Origin: Candidatus Hodarchaeota archaeon
GTDB lineage: Archaea > Asgardarchaeota > Lokiarchaeia > Sigyniarchaeales > SOKP01
DNA length: 64,000 bases
Assembly (NCBI GenBank): GCA_048886685.1
Contig: JBHLKM010000003.1
Location: 32,001 to 96,000 of the forward strand
Direction of reading: 5' to 3'
A model generated the notes under the pieces. It saw only the letters and a list, made by a program, of their open reading frames with translations, searched no databases and was not told the origin of the DNA. The translations under genes and the position numbers were made by a program. Positions 48,573-58,772 of this stretch are shown one piece after another (position 1 is the stretch's first letter; each line of letters starts with the position of its first letter).

Positions 48573-49364
48573 TTGAGTGAACCTGTGCTACGGATAGTTG
48601 ATATATGGAAATCATATGAGGATTTACAAGTCCTTAGGGGAATCTCATTTGATGTAGCAGAGCAAGAGGTCAAAGTTATTTTTGGACCGAGTGGTTCTGG
48701 TAAAAGTACATTACTTCGTTGTATCAATATGTTAAATCCCCCTGAAAAAGGTGAAATATTCCTCCGTGGACAAAATTTTATGGAAAAAGGAGTTAATCTT
48801 AATGCGATGCGAGCAAGAATTGGCATGGTATTTCAACATTTTAATCTTTTTGCTCACCTCAAAGCGATTGATAATGTGAGCATTGGACTTCGCCGAGTAA
48901 AAGGCTTATCAAAAGAAGATGCTCGTAAGAAGGCACTCATTGCATTGGAGCGTGTTAAAATGGCAGAATGGGCCAATCACTATCCCGCACAATTATCAGG
49001 TGGTCAACAGCAGCGTGTAGGTATTGCCCGTGCCTTGGCTATGGATCCTGATGTGATTTTATTTGATGAACCTACTTCTGCTTTGGACCCTGAGTTAATT
49101 GGTGAAGTACTTCAAGTAATGTTGGATCTTGCTAAAGCAGGAACTACAATGGTAGTAGTCACACACGAATTAGGATTTGCAAGAGCTGTTGCATCAGAAA
49201 TGATCTTTCTCGGTGAAGGTGTAATCTTAGAGCGTGGAACTCCCCAACATTTCTTCACTTCACCTAAATCCGAACGTGTAAAAACATTCTTGAACCAGCT
49301 TGAAATTTTATACGGAACACACGAAAAGCTTCTGGAGTTGCCAAATGAGGAGGAAAATAAATGA
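48573..49364 (+). CDS. Amino acid ABC transporter ATP-binding protein (GlnQ-like)
   Basis: GPSGSGKST, LSGGQQQR and FDEPTSALDPE motifs. Confidence 0.95.
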   Translation: MSEPVLRIVDIWKSYEDLQVLRGISFDVAEQEVKVIFGPSGSGKSTLLRCINMLNPPEKGEIFLRGQNFMEKGVNLNAMRARIGMVFQHFNLFAHLKAIDNVSIGLRRVKGLSKEDARKKALIALERVKMAEWANHYPAQLSGGQQQRVGIARALAMDPDVILFDEPTSALDPELIGEVLQVMLDLAKAGTTMVVVTHELGFARAVASEMIFLGEGVILERGTPQHFFTSPKSERVKTFLNQLEILYGTHEKLLELPNEEENK

Positions 49365-50107
49365 TTATACAAACAACCCAAAATCCAATTTTAGAACTTA
49401 TTGAAGTGTTGAAATCTTGGGAGCTATTATTATCAGGTTTCTTGTTAACGATGTGGTTATATGTATGGGCACTTTTAATTGGTTTTTTTCTCGGTCTTCT
49501 CCTTAGTATCCTTCGTCAGTATGGAGGACTAATTTCCTCCCGTATTGCAGTTGTATACATCGAGATTATTCGTGGTACGCCTTTACTTGCACAATTATAT
49601 TTCATTTATTTCCTCCCCAACAGCCTAGGTATTACCATTGATATTCCAATCATTAAAACTAGCTTTAAAATCGGTCAGAACCCATTGATACTTATGGATT
49701 ACTCGATATTTGTTGGTATCCTTACATTAGCTCTCAATAGTGCAGCTTATCAAGCTGAATACCTCCGTGGAGCTATAATTTCCGTTGGGACTGAACAATT
49801 AGAAGCTGCACGATCGTTGGGTATGTCTCGCTTGACCGGTATTCAACGGGTTGTATTACCGCAAGCTTTACGCCGTGTTATTCCTGCCTGGTCTAATGAG
49901 GCTGCTTATCTTCCGAAATATACAGTACTTGTCTACTTTATTGGAGGGGTACAGGAAATTTTTTATCAAGCAGATATAATTGCTCATAGGACATTTTTTA
50001 TACTTACTACATACGTCGTTATCGCTGTTATCTTCCTAGTTACAATCACAATTATATCTAGAGGTTTGGATATTCTCCACAAGCGAACAATGATTCCGGG
50101 GCTGTAG
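49361..50107 (+). CDS. Amino acid ABC transporter permease
   Basis: IRGTPLL.Q, AYQAE..RG and Q.EAA.SLG motifs. Confidence 0.92.
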   Translation: MIIQTTQNPILELIEVLKSWELLLSGFLLTMWLYVWALLIGFFLGLLLSILRQYGGLISSRIAVVYIEIIRGTPLLAQLYFIYFLPNSLGITIDIPIIKTSFKIGQNPLILMDYSIFVGILTLALNSAAYQAEYLRGAIISVGTEQLEAARSLGMSRLTGIQRVVLPQALRRVIPAWSNEAAYLPKYTVLVYFIGGVQEIFYQADIIAHRTFFILTTYVVIAVIFLVTITIISRGLDILHKRTMIPGL

Positions 50108-50199
50108 ACTTTTTAAGTATAAATAAAACTTTTAATTTTTTTTTCATTTTTTTATTTACTTCTGATAATTCACAATTTCAATCTTTATATCTTATTTAA

Positions 50200-51051
50200 T
50201 TGTTTAAAAATATGAAAACAAAAGTATATGTAATAAAAAGAAAATCTGATGAAACGACGCAAAACGTTGTTTTACGAGTCCTCAAATCGATCCCCTTAAG
50301 GGATATTATTACTAGCTCGGAAAAAAAAATATTAATAAATCCAAATTGGGTAACTTCAGATCATTTTAGTACTGGAAATGTGACCTCGACTGATACTTTA
50401 GAAGGAATTGTTGATTATCTTATTTACGAATCTAAAATAAACCCAGAAAAAATAATCATTGCAGATGGAGGATCTTTTGGAACATCAGAAAGATTCTTTA
50501 AATTAAATGAAGTTTATCGGTTAGAAGACTATGGAATCAAAATTATGAATTTAAATAATGATGAGATTGTAAATGAGATTGAAATACCAAATCCTTTATC
50601 TTTAAAAAGAGTAAACATTGCCAAAACGGCACTAGACGCGAGCTGCATCATATCTGTACCCTCATTAAAGACACATAATATGGCTATAACGACATTAAGT
50701 ATGAAGAACATGATGGGAACGATTTATCCGAAAAGTATTATGCACTCTAATTTACACAAAAAGATAGCCGATTTAGTATCTGTGTTGCGTTCTAAAATGA
50801 AATTTCAAATAATCGATGGAATAATTGGTTCAAATGGATGGGAACTAGGAGGACAACCTATTCAAATGGATTTAATTATTGCTGGAGAAGATCCTGTTGC
50901 TGTTGACCGAGTTGGCAGTGAGATTATCGGCTTTGGGTTAAATAAAGTAAAATACTTAAAATTTGGGATGGAAAAGAACCTTGGAACAGCAAATTTTGAA
51001 GATATTGAAATCATTGGAAAACCAATAAGCGAAGTATCTTACAAATTTTAG
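50200..51051 (+). CDS. DUF362 domain protein
   Basis: ILI.PN.V, P.LKTH, T...KN.MG and D.VA.D motifs. Confidence 0.85.
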   Translation: MFKNMKTKVYVIKRKSDETTQNVVLRVLKSIPLRDIITSSEKKILINPNWVTSDHFSTGNVTSTDTLEGIVDYLIYESKINPEKIIIADGGSFGTSERFFKLNEVYRLEDYGIKIMNLNNDEIVNEIEIPNPLSLKRVNIAKTALDASCIISVPSLKTHNMAITTLSMKNMMGTIYPKSIMHSNLHKKIADLVSVLRSKMKFQIIDGIIGSNGWELGGQPIQMDLIIAGEDPVAVDRVGSEIIGFGLNKVKYLKFGMEKNLGTANFEDIEIIGKPISEVSYKF

Positions 51052-51159
51052 TGTTATCCAATAATCCTAAAGAATTATTATCTTATCTCTTCTTTATTCA
51101 AACTATTTATTATTTATCTGATTTATAATCACAATTTAAAAAATTAATTTATACTCACA

Positions 51160-52209
51160 ATGAAAGTTGTTGATTTAAGATCTGATACAGTTACCAAACC
51201 ATCACCGGAAATGTGGGAAATCGTTAAATCAATGGACAATTCTAAACTTGGAGATGATGTTCTCGGAGAAGATCCTACTGTTAATGAACTAGAAAACAAA
51301 GCAGCAAAAGTTATTGGAAAAGAAGCATCTTTATTAGTAACCTCAGGTACTCAAGGAAATCTCGTTTCACTTCTCTCACAAACTAATCCTGGGGATGAAA
51401 TCCTATTAGAAGAACAATGTCATATTATTGGACATGAAGTTGGGAGTGCTGCACGTATTGGAGGTTTGATGATTAATACTTTTTCTTCGGATAGAGGAAC
51501 TCCATCGATCGAGCAACTTCAAGATTTAATTCGGAATAAAGAAGATATACATGAGCCAGCAACCACATTAATATGTGCAGAAGATACACACAATTTTCAT
51601 GGTGGTGCGATAGTGAAACCAGAAATCCTGAGAGATTTGAATGATTTTGCTAGGAAAAATGGATTGAAATTTCATTTAGATGGTGCCAGAGTTTTTAATG
51701 CTGCTGTAGCATCAAATCTACCTGTAATCGAATTTACTAAGCATGTGGATAGTATAATGTTCTGCTTATCAAAAGGTCTATCATGTCCAGTAGGATCCAT
51801 TGTTGCTGGCTCTAAAGAATTTATTTCAAAAGCTAGGAAATTTCGCAAAATGGTTGGAGGAGGAATGCGCCAAGCAGGAATAATCGCATCCTTTGGTTTA
51901 GTAGCACTTGAACCAAAATGGATTAGAAGATTGGAAGAAGATCATAAAAATGCTAAAACCCTCGCCGACGGTTTAGAATCTTTTGACTTACCTATTAAAG
52001 TTAACATACCTGATACAAATATAGTTATCATGGAGTTCCTAAATAAGATTAGGATATTTAAAGTTATTACAGAGTTAGGGAAAGAAGGTGTCTTAGCATT
52101 TAATATTAGTAAAGATAAAATTCGTTTCGTTACTCATTATGAGATTCAAGAAAATGACATTGAATTTAGTATAGAAATAATTGGGAAAGTTTTACAAAGA
52201 TTTACCTAA
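51160..52209 (+). CDS. ltaE: Low-specificity L-threonine aldolase
   Basis: DLRSDTVT, SGTQGN, HLDGAR, CLSKGL and GGGMRQAG motifs. Confidence 0.95.
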   Translation: MKVVDLRSDTVTKPSPEMWEIVKSMDNSKLGDDVLGEDPTVNELENKAAKVIGKEASLLVTSGTQGNLVSLLSQTNPGDEILLEEQCHIIGHEVGSAARIGGLMINTFSSDRGTPSIEQLQDLIRNKEDIHEPATTLICAEDTHNFHGGAIVKPEILRDLNDFARKNGLKFHLDGARVFNAAVASNLPVIEFTKHVDSIMFCLSKGLSCPVGSIVAGSKEFISKARKFRKMVGGGMRQAGIIASFGLVALEPKWIRRLEEDHKNAKTLADGLESFDLPIKVNIPDTNIVIMEFLNKIRIFKVITELGKEGVLAFNISKDKIRFVTHYEIQENDIEFSIEIIGKVLQRFT

Positions 52210-52247
52210 AATTTAGAATTATATCATAAAAAAGGGAAAAAAAGATA

Positions 52248-52778
52248 TTAATCTTCACTTACATCTAAGTCTTTTGAGTCATCTTCAATTAAATCATAAT
52301 ATTCTATATCCTTTAAATTACCATTTGTGGATTCTGCCCAATGTACTTTAATTGGCATTCCAATATACGTATTTTTAAAATCTATATCTGGCTGTAATTC
52401 TGCCATATAATTGGTGTTGCAATTATCTTGTTGTACCATTACTACTGGTTTTTCAAGCACATCTCCCGTTTCTGGATCTTTTAAATATACTATTGTATAT
52501 GTAGAAACTTGACCTGTATCTCTTAAATCAACCCACTGATCCGGCTTAACAAGACATTTTCCACATACAAATCGAGGAGGAAAAAAGACTCTATTACATG
52601 CAGAACATTTATTAGCCACCAATTTTTTATCTTTTAGCTTTTTTAAGAATGGCTGATGATGTGTAATGTTGAATTTGTACTGATAACTTGATAAATACCA
52701 ATTACCTGGCATTGTACGGGTTTCTACATGATCTTTTTTAACATAATCCAATGATTTTCTTAAAGTTCTCTTTGACAT
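52248..52778 (-). CDS. DUF35 Zn-ribbon/OB-fold protein
   Basis: CSAC....PPR..C..C and IGM.+. Confidence 0.9.
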   Translation of the reverse strand: MSKRTLRKSLDYVKKDHVETRTMPGNWYLSSYQYKFNITHHQPFLKKLKDKKLVANKCSACNRVFFPPRFVCGKCLVKPDQWVDLRDTGQVSTYTIVYLKDPETGDVLEKPVVMVQQDNCNTNYMAELQPDIDFKNTYIGMPIKVHWAESTNGNLKDIEYYDLIEDDSKDLDVSED

Positions 52779-52785
52779 CTTATTT

Positions 52786-54033
52786 TTACCTCCATTTTCT
52801 TTGTTGTTGATCAGATAAAACCATCATAGTACATAGATTAAGCATACCACCCCATCCATGCCCAATTGCTGTATGTACTGTTTTAGGTACTTGATTACTT
52901 GCTTTTCCCATAATTTGGAGTGCTGCCACAGCAGGTCGTTCCAATGCTGATGCTCCAATAGCATTAGTTGCATTAACTCCTCCAGAACAGCAAATTGGTA
53001 ATTCGCCATTTAAAGAGGTTACTCCATTCTTATACATCTGTGGTGCAGTATTTTCTTCAAATAATCCCAGTTTTTCAACCCACATTAGTTCTTGATTCGG
53101 AAATGGAGAATATACTTCTGCATAATCAATCTCTTTTCTTGGAAAAGAAATTCCAGCTTGATTGTAAGCCATTTCTGATGATATCATAGCACCTAACTGT
53201 TCTGAAGGATCCAATTGTGCTGATCCATTTCCATCATAACCTATAACTACGGATTCATGTGCTACACTGGATACTCCATTTACATATACAGGAATATCAC
53301 ATAAATCTTTAGCTTTTTCTTCTGTTGTAAATAATACTGCACATGCACCATCTGATGCGGGACAAACCATACCATATCTTAAAGGATAAGATATATAAGG
53401 TGTGTCTAATACCTCTTCTATCGTTAAATTTGGCATTTTTAAATGACTCCACCAAGTTTTTGCTGCATTTCTTCTATTCTGTACTACAACTCTAGCCAAA
53501 TCTTCCTCTCTAATTTTTGATTTATTCATATAATTTGCTGCTTGATAAGATGCAAGACCAATTGCTCCACCAGCAGACATTATTCTAGTTAAATATTCAT
53601 AGGGAAGACCTAAAGTATTTAAAACAGAAATTTCTCCTAAGGCAACACTTGATAATCCAATACTCGTATCACCTTGAGATTGTTGTTCAAAGGCTACAGC
53701 TAGGACCGTGTCAATCCCAGGTAAGCCAGCAGCAACAGAATAATAACCAGCAATACCAACAGAACCACCTGTTGTACCACCTGTTGTGACTCTAAGTAAT
53801 GGCTTATTTCTTGCCCCCAACCAATCTGTCATCCATAATTCAGGAAGATTAGCTCCTTCGAATGCTGGCATATTACCATTTACATAAGCATCAATATCCT
53901 TAATAGAGAGAGAAGGAACTTTCTTTAAACAGTCGTTTACAGCTTCATTGACTAATTCTGCCATATTTACATCAGAGCGTTTTGAAGCATGTTCACTAAA
54001 ACCAGCTGAAATAATTGCTACTTGTCTTCCCAC
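52786..54033 (-). CDS. Thiolase-domain protein (Ltp3-like)
   Basis: GARNKPLLRV.TGGTTGG, CPASDGA and EVY.PF. Probable GTG start at 54033. Confidence 0.85.
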   Translation of the reverse strand: MGRQVAIISAGFSEHASKRSDVNMAELVNEAVNDCLKKVPSLSIKDIDAYVNGNMPAFEGANLPELWMTDWLGARNKPLLRVTTGGTTGGSVGIAGYYSVAAGLPGIDTVLAVAFEQQSQGDTSIGLSSVALGEISVLNTLGLPYEYLTRIMSAGGAIGLASYQAANYMNKSKIREEDLARVVVQNRRNAAKTWWSHLKMPNLTIEEVLDTPYISYPLRYGMVCPASDGACAVLFTTEEKAKDLCDIPVYVNGVSSVAHESVVIGYDGNGSAQLDPSEQLGAMISSEMAYNQAGISFPRKEIDYAEVYSPFPNQELMWVEKLGLFEENTAPQMYKNGVTSLNGELPICCSGGVNATNAIGASALERPAVAALQIMGKASNQVPKTVHTAIGHGWGGMLNLCTMMVLSDQQQRKWR

Positions 54034-54034
54034 T

Positions 54035-55189
54035 TTAATCACCTCCCTCTAATACATACACTATATTATTCTGAGCACACATCCCTATTTGACCTGATGC
54101 AACTGCTTTCTTAGCTCCTTTGACTTGATAACCATTAGCTTCACCTTTTAGTTGTTTTGCAGCTTCAATAATTCTTATTAAACCTGTTGCACATGGTGGA
54201 TTGCCTCCCAAAGCTCCACCAGAAGGATTTATTGGAAGATCACCATTAATATCTGAACGTAAATCTGATCCTTTACCTTTTTCAGCCAATCCTAAAGCTT
54301 CAGTAAATATTAATTCTTCATGAGCATAAGCTTCAAATAACTCAGCAACATTAATTTCATTTACTGGATCTTTTATACCGGCAGCCTCAAACGCCATCTT
54401 ACCTGCTGATGCCATAGAATTACTTGTGGATAAATCCCTATCTCCTAAATAATATGTTTCTTGATTGTATCCTACCCCAATAATCCATACAGGATTATCC
54501 GTAATTTTTAAGGCTTGTTTTTCAGGAGCTAATAACAATGCTGCAACTCCATCACAAGGTAGGGCAACCATTAACTCCCTTACCGGATCAGCATAAATAT
54601 CTGACTCTAATACATCATTGACGGATAAATTAGCATTCTGGGCTTCTTTTAACGCCAAAGGATTTTTTGAAGCATTTCTTCTATTTTTAACAGCTACTTC
54701 CGCTATATCTTCAATATTTACATTATATTTTTCCATATATGCTCTCATCTGGAAACCTGCTGCTGTAATATCATTAACATACGAAGCAGGTCTTTCCCAA
54801 GTTGGATCAGTTTCATATAGACGAGTACTATGATAAGGAAAGCATGATGCCATACTCCCACCCCAAATAACCGCTAACTTATGATTACCTGATAAAATTC
54901 TCATCAGTCCATATAAAACAGCATGAGCACCATCCATTTCTACTTTACTTTCATCTTCTAGATATGCGCCCCCTACTTCTACAGTAAAAGCATTTGAAAT
55001 TGTCCTTCCATCATAATAATCATTTGTACAAGACACAACCGTTGTAATATCTTTCTTTTTTAATCCAGCATTGTCAAGAGCACCTCGTACAGCTTCAAAA
55101 ATCATTTCATACCGCCCATAATTCGCATCTGAATACAATTTAACTTGATTATAACCAACAATTCCTACTTTTTCCATCTTTTTTATCAC
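54035..55189 (-). CDS. Thiolase-domain protein (Ltp4-like)
   Basis: DYYDGRTIS, ESKVEMDGA and NPSGG motifs. Confidence 0.85.
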   Translation of the reverse strand: MIKKMEKVGIVGYNQVKLYSDANYGRYEMIFEAVRGALDNAGLKKKDITTVVSCTNDYYDGRTISNAFTVEVGGAYLEDESKVEMDGAHAVLYGLMRILSGNHKLAVIWGGSMASCFPYHSTRLYETDPTWERPASYVNDITAAGFQMRAYMEKYNVNIEDIAEVAVKNRRNASKNPLALKEAQNANLSVNDVLESDIYADPVRELMVALPCDGVAALLLAPEKQALKITDNPVWIIGVGYNQETYYLGDRDLSTSNSMASAGKMAFEAAGIKDPVNEINVAELFEAYAHEELIFTEALGLAEKGKGSDLRSDINGDLPINPSGGALGGNPPCATGLIRIIEAAKQLKGEANGYQVKGAKKAVASGQIGMCAQNNIVYVLEGGD

Positions 55190-55192
55190 CTT

Positions 55193-55711
55193 TCACATTT
55201 TAACAAATCCTTTAATATCAGCAGGGTTTCCTGCTGGTTTTTCTTCCCATTCAGCCTTAACTTTCATCCCAAGTGATATTTCTTCTGGTTTCATTTCCAA
55301 AAGTCGGTATATCAAAGCTGTATCACTCCCCTCAATTTGTATCATTCCAATTGTTTGAGGCTTTTTGACTTTTCTACTCCCTCTGTCATTAACTCTATAA
55401 TGCGTTATCGTATAATTTAATAGAGTACCTGTATCTGGTAAGTTCACCCAATTTTTATCAAAAGCGATTTCTTCATAACATTCTCCGCATATTTTTCTTG
55501 GTGGGACGAAAACTTTGTCACATTTAGGACATTTATTACCTATAATTTTCTTACCTTCAAATGCATTGTAAAACTTGTCCATATAACGTCCAACCCAAAA
55601 GGAGAATTCTGCTCTCACAAAACCTTTATTAGCAACTATTATTTTTTCGCTCATAATTTGAATTCCTCTTTTTATTTTTGAGATTTGAATATGATTACTA
55701 TTATGATTCAC
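55193..55711 (-). CDS. DUF35 Zn-ribbon/OB-fold protein
   Basis: CPKC....PPR..C..C and GMKV. True start probably MSEKI. Confidence 0.9.
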   Translation of the reverse strand: MNHNSNHIQISKIKRGIQIMSEKIIVANKGFVRAEFSFWVGRYMDKFYNAFEGKKIIGNKCPKCDKVFVPPRKICGECYEEIAFDKNWVNLPDTGTLLNYTITHYRVNDRGSRKVKKPQTIGMIQIEGSDTALIYRLLEMKPEEISLGMKVKAEWEEKPAGNPADIKGFVKM

Positions 55712-55752
55712 ATCTTTATAACATTAATTTGAAAAAAGAAAAAGAAAAAAAA

Positions 55753-56640
55753 TTATCTTTTATATTTGAGCATAAACTCAATTAGGTCCATGTTTTTCCT
55801 GAAAACCTTTAAATGATTCTTTGTAAGATTTTCAGCTGCTAATTCTTTAAGTTCCGTTAATTCAAACTCTTTTTCGCCAATTTTTTTACTTAAAATTGGG
55901 AGAAAATCACATATAGCATGTATTTCTAACACTCTACCGTTATATTTCTTCAAGGCTAAATCACTAGCAAGAAATAGATATGCTGGTGAAATGAACTCGG
56001 GTGGGACTGTCTTATCCATATGTTGGCCCCAATTTCTTAAATCATCAGCCATTTTAGTTTCTACTCCTGCAGGCGTAAGAACGTTAACATTAATATTGTA
56101 AGGTTTTAATTCTATACTTAAGGATCTCCCCATCGCAGATACAGCTGCTTTTGAACTCGCGTATGCTACTTTTTTTTGCGCAAAATATACATTACCCATA
56201 ACTGAAGATGTCATAACAATACTTCCGCTCTTTTGCTCTATCATTTTAGGTAAAACCTCTTTAATCAAGGCAAAATAACTCAAGATGTTGAGATTAAATA
56301 ATTTTTGCGCATATTCAATAGGAGTATCAACTACAGAAGAAACATGAGTCATCCCTGCATTATTAATTAATATGTTAATTGTATCAAAGGCTTCAAAATA
56401 TTGTTTTGCACAGGTCCTTACTCCATCTAGAGTTGATAAATCTACAGCTATAGCAATTCCCTTAACTCCAAATTTCTCAATTTCTTGAACAGTATTATCT
56501 AATTGTTCTTTAGTTCGAGCAGATACAGCTACATTTGCCCCATTATTGGCAAGATCAAGAGCTACCTCTCTACCAATACCTCGTCCACCTCCAGTCACTA
56601 AAGCGTTCTTACCTTCGAGCAATTTCATAAATGTTCTCAC
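55753..56640 (-). CDS. Short-chain dehydrogenase/reductase
   Basis: TGGGRGIG, NNAG and YASSK motifs. Confidence 0.92.
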   Translation of the reverse strand: MRTFMKLLEGKNALVTGGGRGIGREVALDLANNGANVAVSARTKEQLDNTVQEIEKFGVKGIAIAVDLSTLDGVRTCAKQYFEAFDTINILINNAGMTHVSSVVDTPIEYAQKLFNLNILSYFALIKEVLPKMIEQKSGSIVMTSSVMGNVYFAQKKVAYASSKAAVSAMGRSLSIELKPYNINVNVLTPAGVETKMADDLRNWGQHMDKTVPPEFISPAYLFLASDLALKKYNGRVLEIHAICDFLPILSKKIGEKEFELTELKELAAENLTKNHLKVFRKNMDLIEFMLKYKR

Positions 56641-56802
56641 TTTTAGATTAATTCATGTAAAAATAAATAGATTATACTTATTGTTGTACCCTTGTTAAAA
56701 AATTTTTTTTTAGTTCCCAAATTTCTCTTTCTTTGAGATAAATTTTAGTAAAAAACATTATTTAAAAAATATATAACATGATAAAGAAGAAGTGACTTCA
56801 TA

Positions 56803-57678
56803 ATGGTAGAAGAATTATCAAATAAATTAGTGATAAGTGCTGCTTTAGCAGGATCTTGGCCTTCAAAACAACAAAATCCTGCTATTCCGTATACTCCTCA
56901 AGAGTTTGGAGTTGAGGCTAAAAAATGTTTGGATGCAGGCGCATCAACAGTTCATATCCACGCAAGAGATCCTGAAACAGGATACCCTACATCTGAATTA
57001 GAAAAGATTAAAGCTATCATAGATAATATAAACGAACAAGCTCCAGAAATCATAATTAATATAACTACCTCAGTAGGAAGTACGCTCGAGCAGAGAATTG
57101 CTCCTACTCAGTCATTTAAACCAGCAATATCTTCATTAAATACAAATTCAATGAACTTCAGTATGGGTAATTATAAAACTGGTGAAATTATTGCAAACGC
57201 TGATGGGGTATTTAGAAATACGTTTTATATAATCCAGAACCTTGCTAAAGCAATGAAAGAAGCTAAGACAAAACCAGAACTAGAAGTATATGACTTTGGA
57301 GGTATGTATAATATACTATTTCTCGATAAACAAGAAGGATTATTTGAACATCCTCTTCATTTTCAGTTTGTATTTGGAACATTGGGAGGAGTTCCTTTTT
57401 CATTTCAGAATCTAGCAGGTTTTCTCAATTTAATGCCCTCTGGATGTTCATGGAGTGTATGTGGAGTTGCAAAAGATCAATTTAGGGCAGGCTTATGTGC
57501 AGCAGCAATGGGAGGACACATCCGAGTAGGTTTAGAAGATAATATTCGTGTACCAGATGGTCGTCTAGCAAAAGGTTCATGGGAACAAGTAGAATGGGCT
57601 GCAAAAGTGGCAAAACTAGCAGGAAGAGAAGTAGCAACTCCAGACGAGGCACGTAAAATCTTTAATCTGCTACAATAA
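56803..57678 (+). CDS. Beta-keto acid cleavage enzyme (BKACE/Kce family)
   Basis: HIHAR, PELE.YD.G and HIRVGLEDN motifs. Confidence 0.92.
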   Translation: MVEELSNKLVISAALAGSWPSKQQNPAIPYTPQEFGVEAKKCLDAGASTVHIHARDPETGYPTSELEKIKAIIDNINEQAPEIIINITTSVGSTLEQRIAPTQSFKPAISSLNTNSMNFSMGNYKTGEIIANADGVFRNTFYIIQNLAKAMKEAKTKPELEVYDFGGMYNILFLDKQEGLFEHPLHFQFVFGTLGGVPFSFQNLAGFLNLMPSGCSWSVCGVAKDQFRAGLCAAAMGGHIRVGLEDNIRVPDGRLAKGSWEQVEWAAKVAKLAGREVATPDEARKIFNLLQ

Positions 57679-57749
57679 GCTGTAATAAATAATTTAACTA
57701 ATTATTACTTTTTATGTTAGTAAAAAAGAATAAAAAAAAGAATTAGTTA

Positions 57750-58229
57750 TTAAATTTCTTCAAAGTACAAAATATCTTTTATTGTTCCTTCTCGCTTATC
57801 TTTTGATTTTAAAACTGCTTTGACTTTTACTCCTGTGAAGTCCTTTTTAACATCATTTGACGCAATTATCCCTAACATTACACTATCAGTTCCATCGATA
57901 TCAATTAAAGCCATTACTTTAGGATTAGCCAATTTTTTGCCATGTGCGTTGAGTTTTGCTACGGTGTATAATTTTACCTCCCCTACTGGTGGTACTTCCT
58001 TCCAATTATTATCAGGAATCTCTTCAAAACAATCTTCACAATATAAACGAGGTGGGCAATATACTTTGACGCACTTCGCACATTTGCAAACTAAAAATGT
58101 ATCATTTTTCATAAGATGTTTGAAAAATCTATCACCAGCAACTCCACTTGGATAAAAATAATCTGCTTGCATATCCCCGCGCCAATGCATGGGAGACGTT
58201 GGATCGGTTTGCTTTTCTAAGAATCCCAT
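57750..58229 (-). CDS. DUF35 Zn-ribbon/OB-fold protein
   Basis: C.KC..VY.PPR.YCE.C and REG.I.DI.YF. Confidence 0.9.
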   Translation of the reverse strand: MGFLEKQTDPTSPMHWRGDMQADYFYPSGVAGDRFFKHLMKNDTFLVCKCAKCVKVYCPPRLYCEDCFEEIPDNNWKEVPPVGEVKLYTVAKLNAHGKKLANPKVMALIDIDGTDSVMLGIIASNDVKKDFTGVKVKAVLKSKDKREGTIKDILYFEEI

Positions 58230-58768
58230 TAGGATTCACCTCCTTTTAAGGGTTTGAAATATTTAATATCTGTAATAGATCCTTCCCTTTCATTTTCCGG
58301 CTTCCAAACTGCTTTTACTTTCATTCCGATCCTAATCTCGTCTTTTGTCATTTCTCCGAAATAATGCATAAATCCATGATGTGGGGGTGTTCCGTCAAGA
58401 TCAACAACTCCAACAAGAATAGGTTCTTCTATTCTCCTTGCATCGGGATCTAGATACGAGATTGAGAAGGTTTCAATAATTCCTGTATCTGGTAACTCAA
58501 CCCATTCTTCAGTGGGACCATAACAATATTCACAAAACATCCTTGGTGGCACAATGATTCGTTTACAGCTTTTACAATGAATTCCAAAAATCTTTCCTTC
58601 TTTTAATCCTTGAAGGAATTTGCTCATTGCTTGACCCAAAGACCAACTATATTGTACTTCTGGCTCCCACCAAGTATATGTGATTTTTTTATCTCGAATG
58701 TCACTTTCTCTCACGTAAGTGCCAGGAGCATGTGGTGGCCATTCTTTATACTTTTTTTTCTCTACCAT
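58229..58768 (-). CDS. DUF35 Zn-ribbon/OB-fold protein
   Basis: C..C....PPR..CE.C and IGMKVKAVW...REGSITDI.YF. Confidence 0.92.
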   Translation of the reverse strand: MVEKKKYKEWPPHAPGTYVRESDIRDKKITYTWWEPEVQYSWSLGQAMSKFLQGLKEGKIFGIHCKSCKRIIVPPRMFCEYCYGPTEEWVELPDTGIIETFSISYLDPDARRIEEPILVGVVDLDGTPPHHGFMHYFGEMTKDEIRIGMKVKAVWKPENEREGSITDIKYFKPLKGGES

Positions 58769-58772
58769 TTTT

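Noticed and set aside
53589-53622. In-frame hairpin (TTAAATA...TATTTAA) in the variable loop of thiolase 52786-54033 as a hidden intron
   Set aside because: No 3-nt bulge plus central helix could be drawn, and the ORF is intact.
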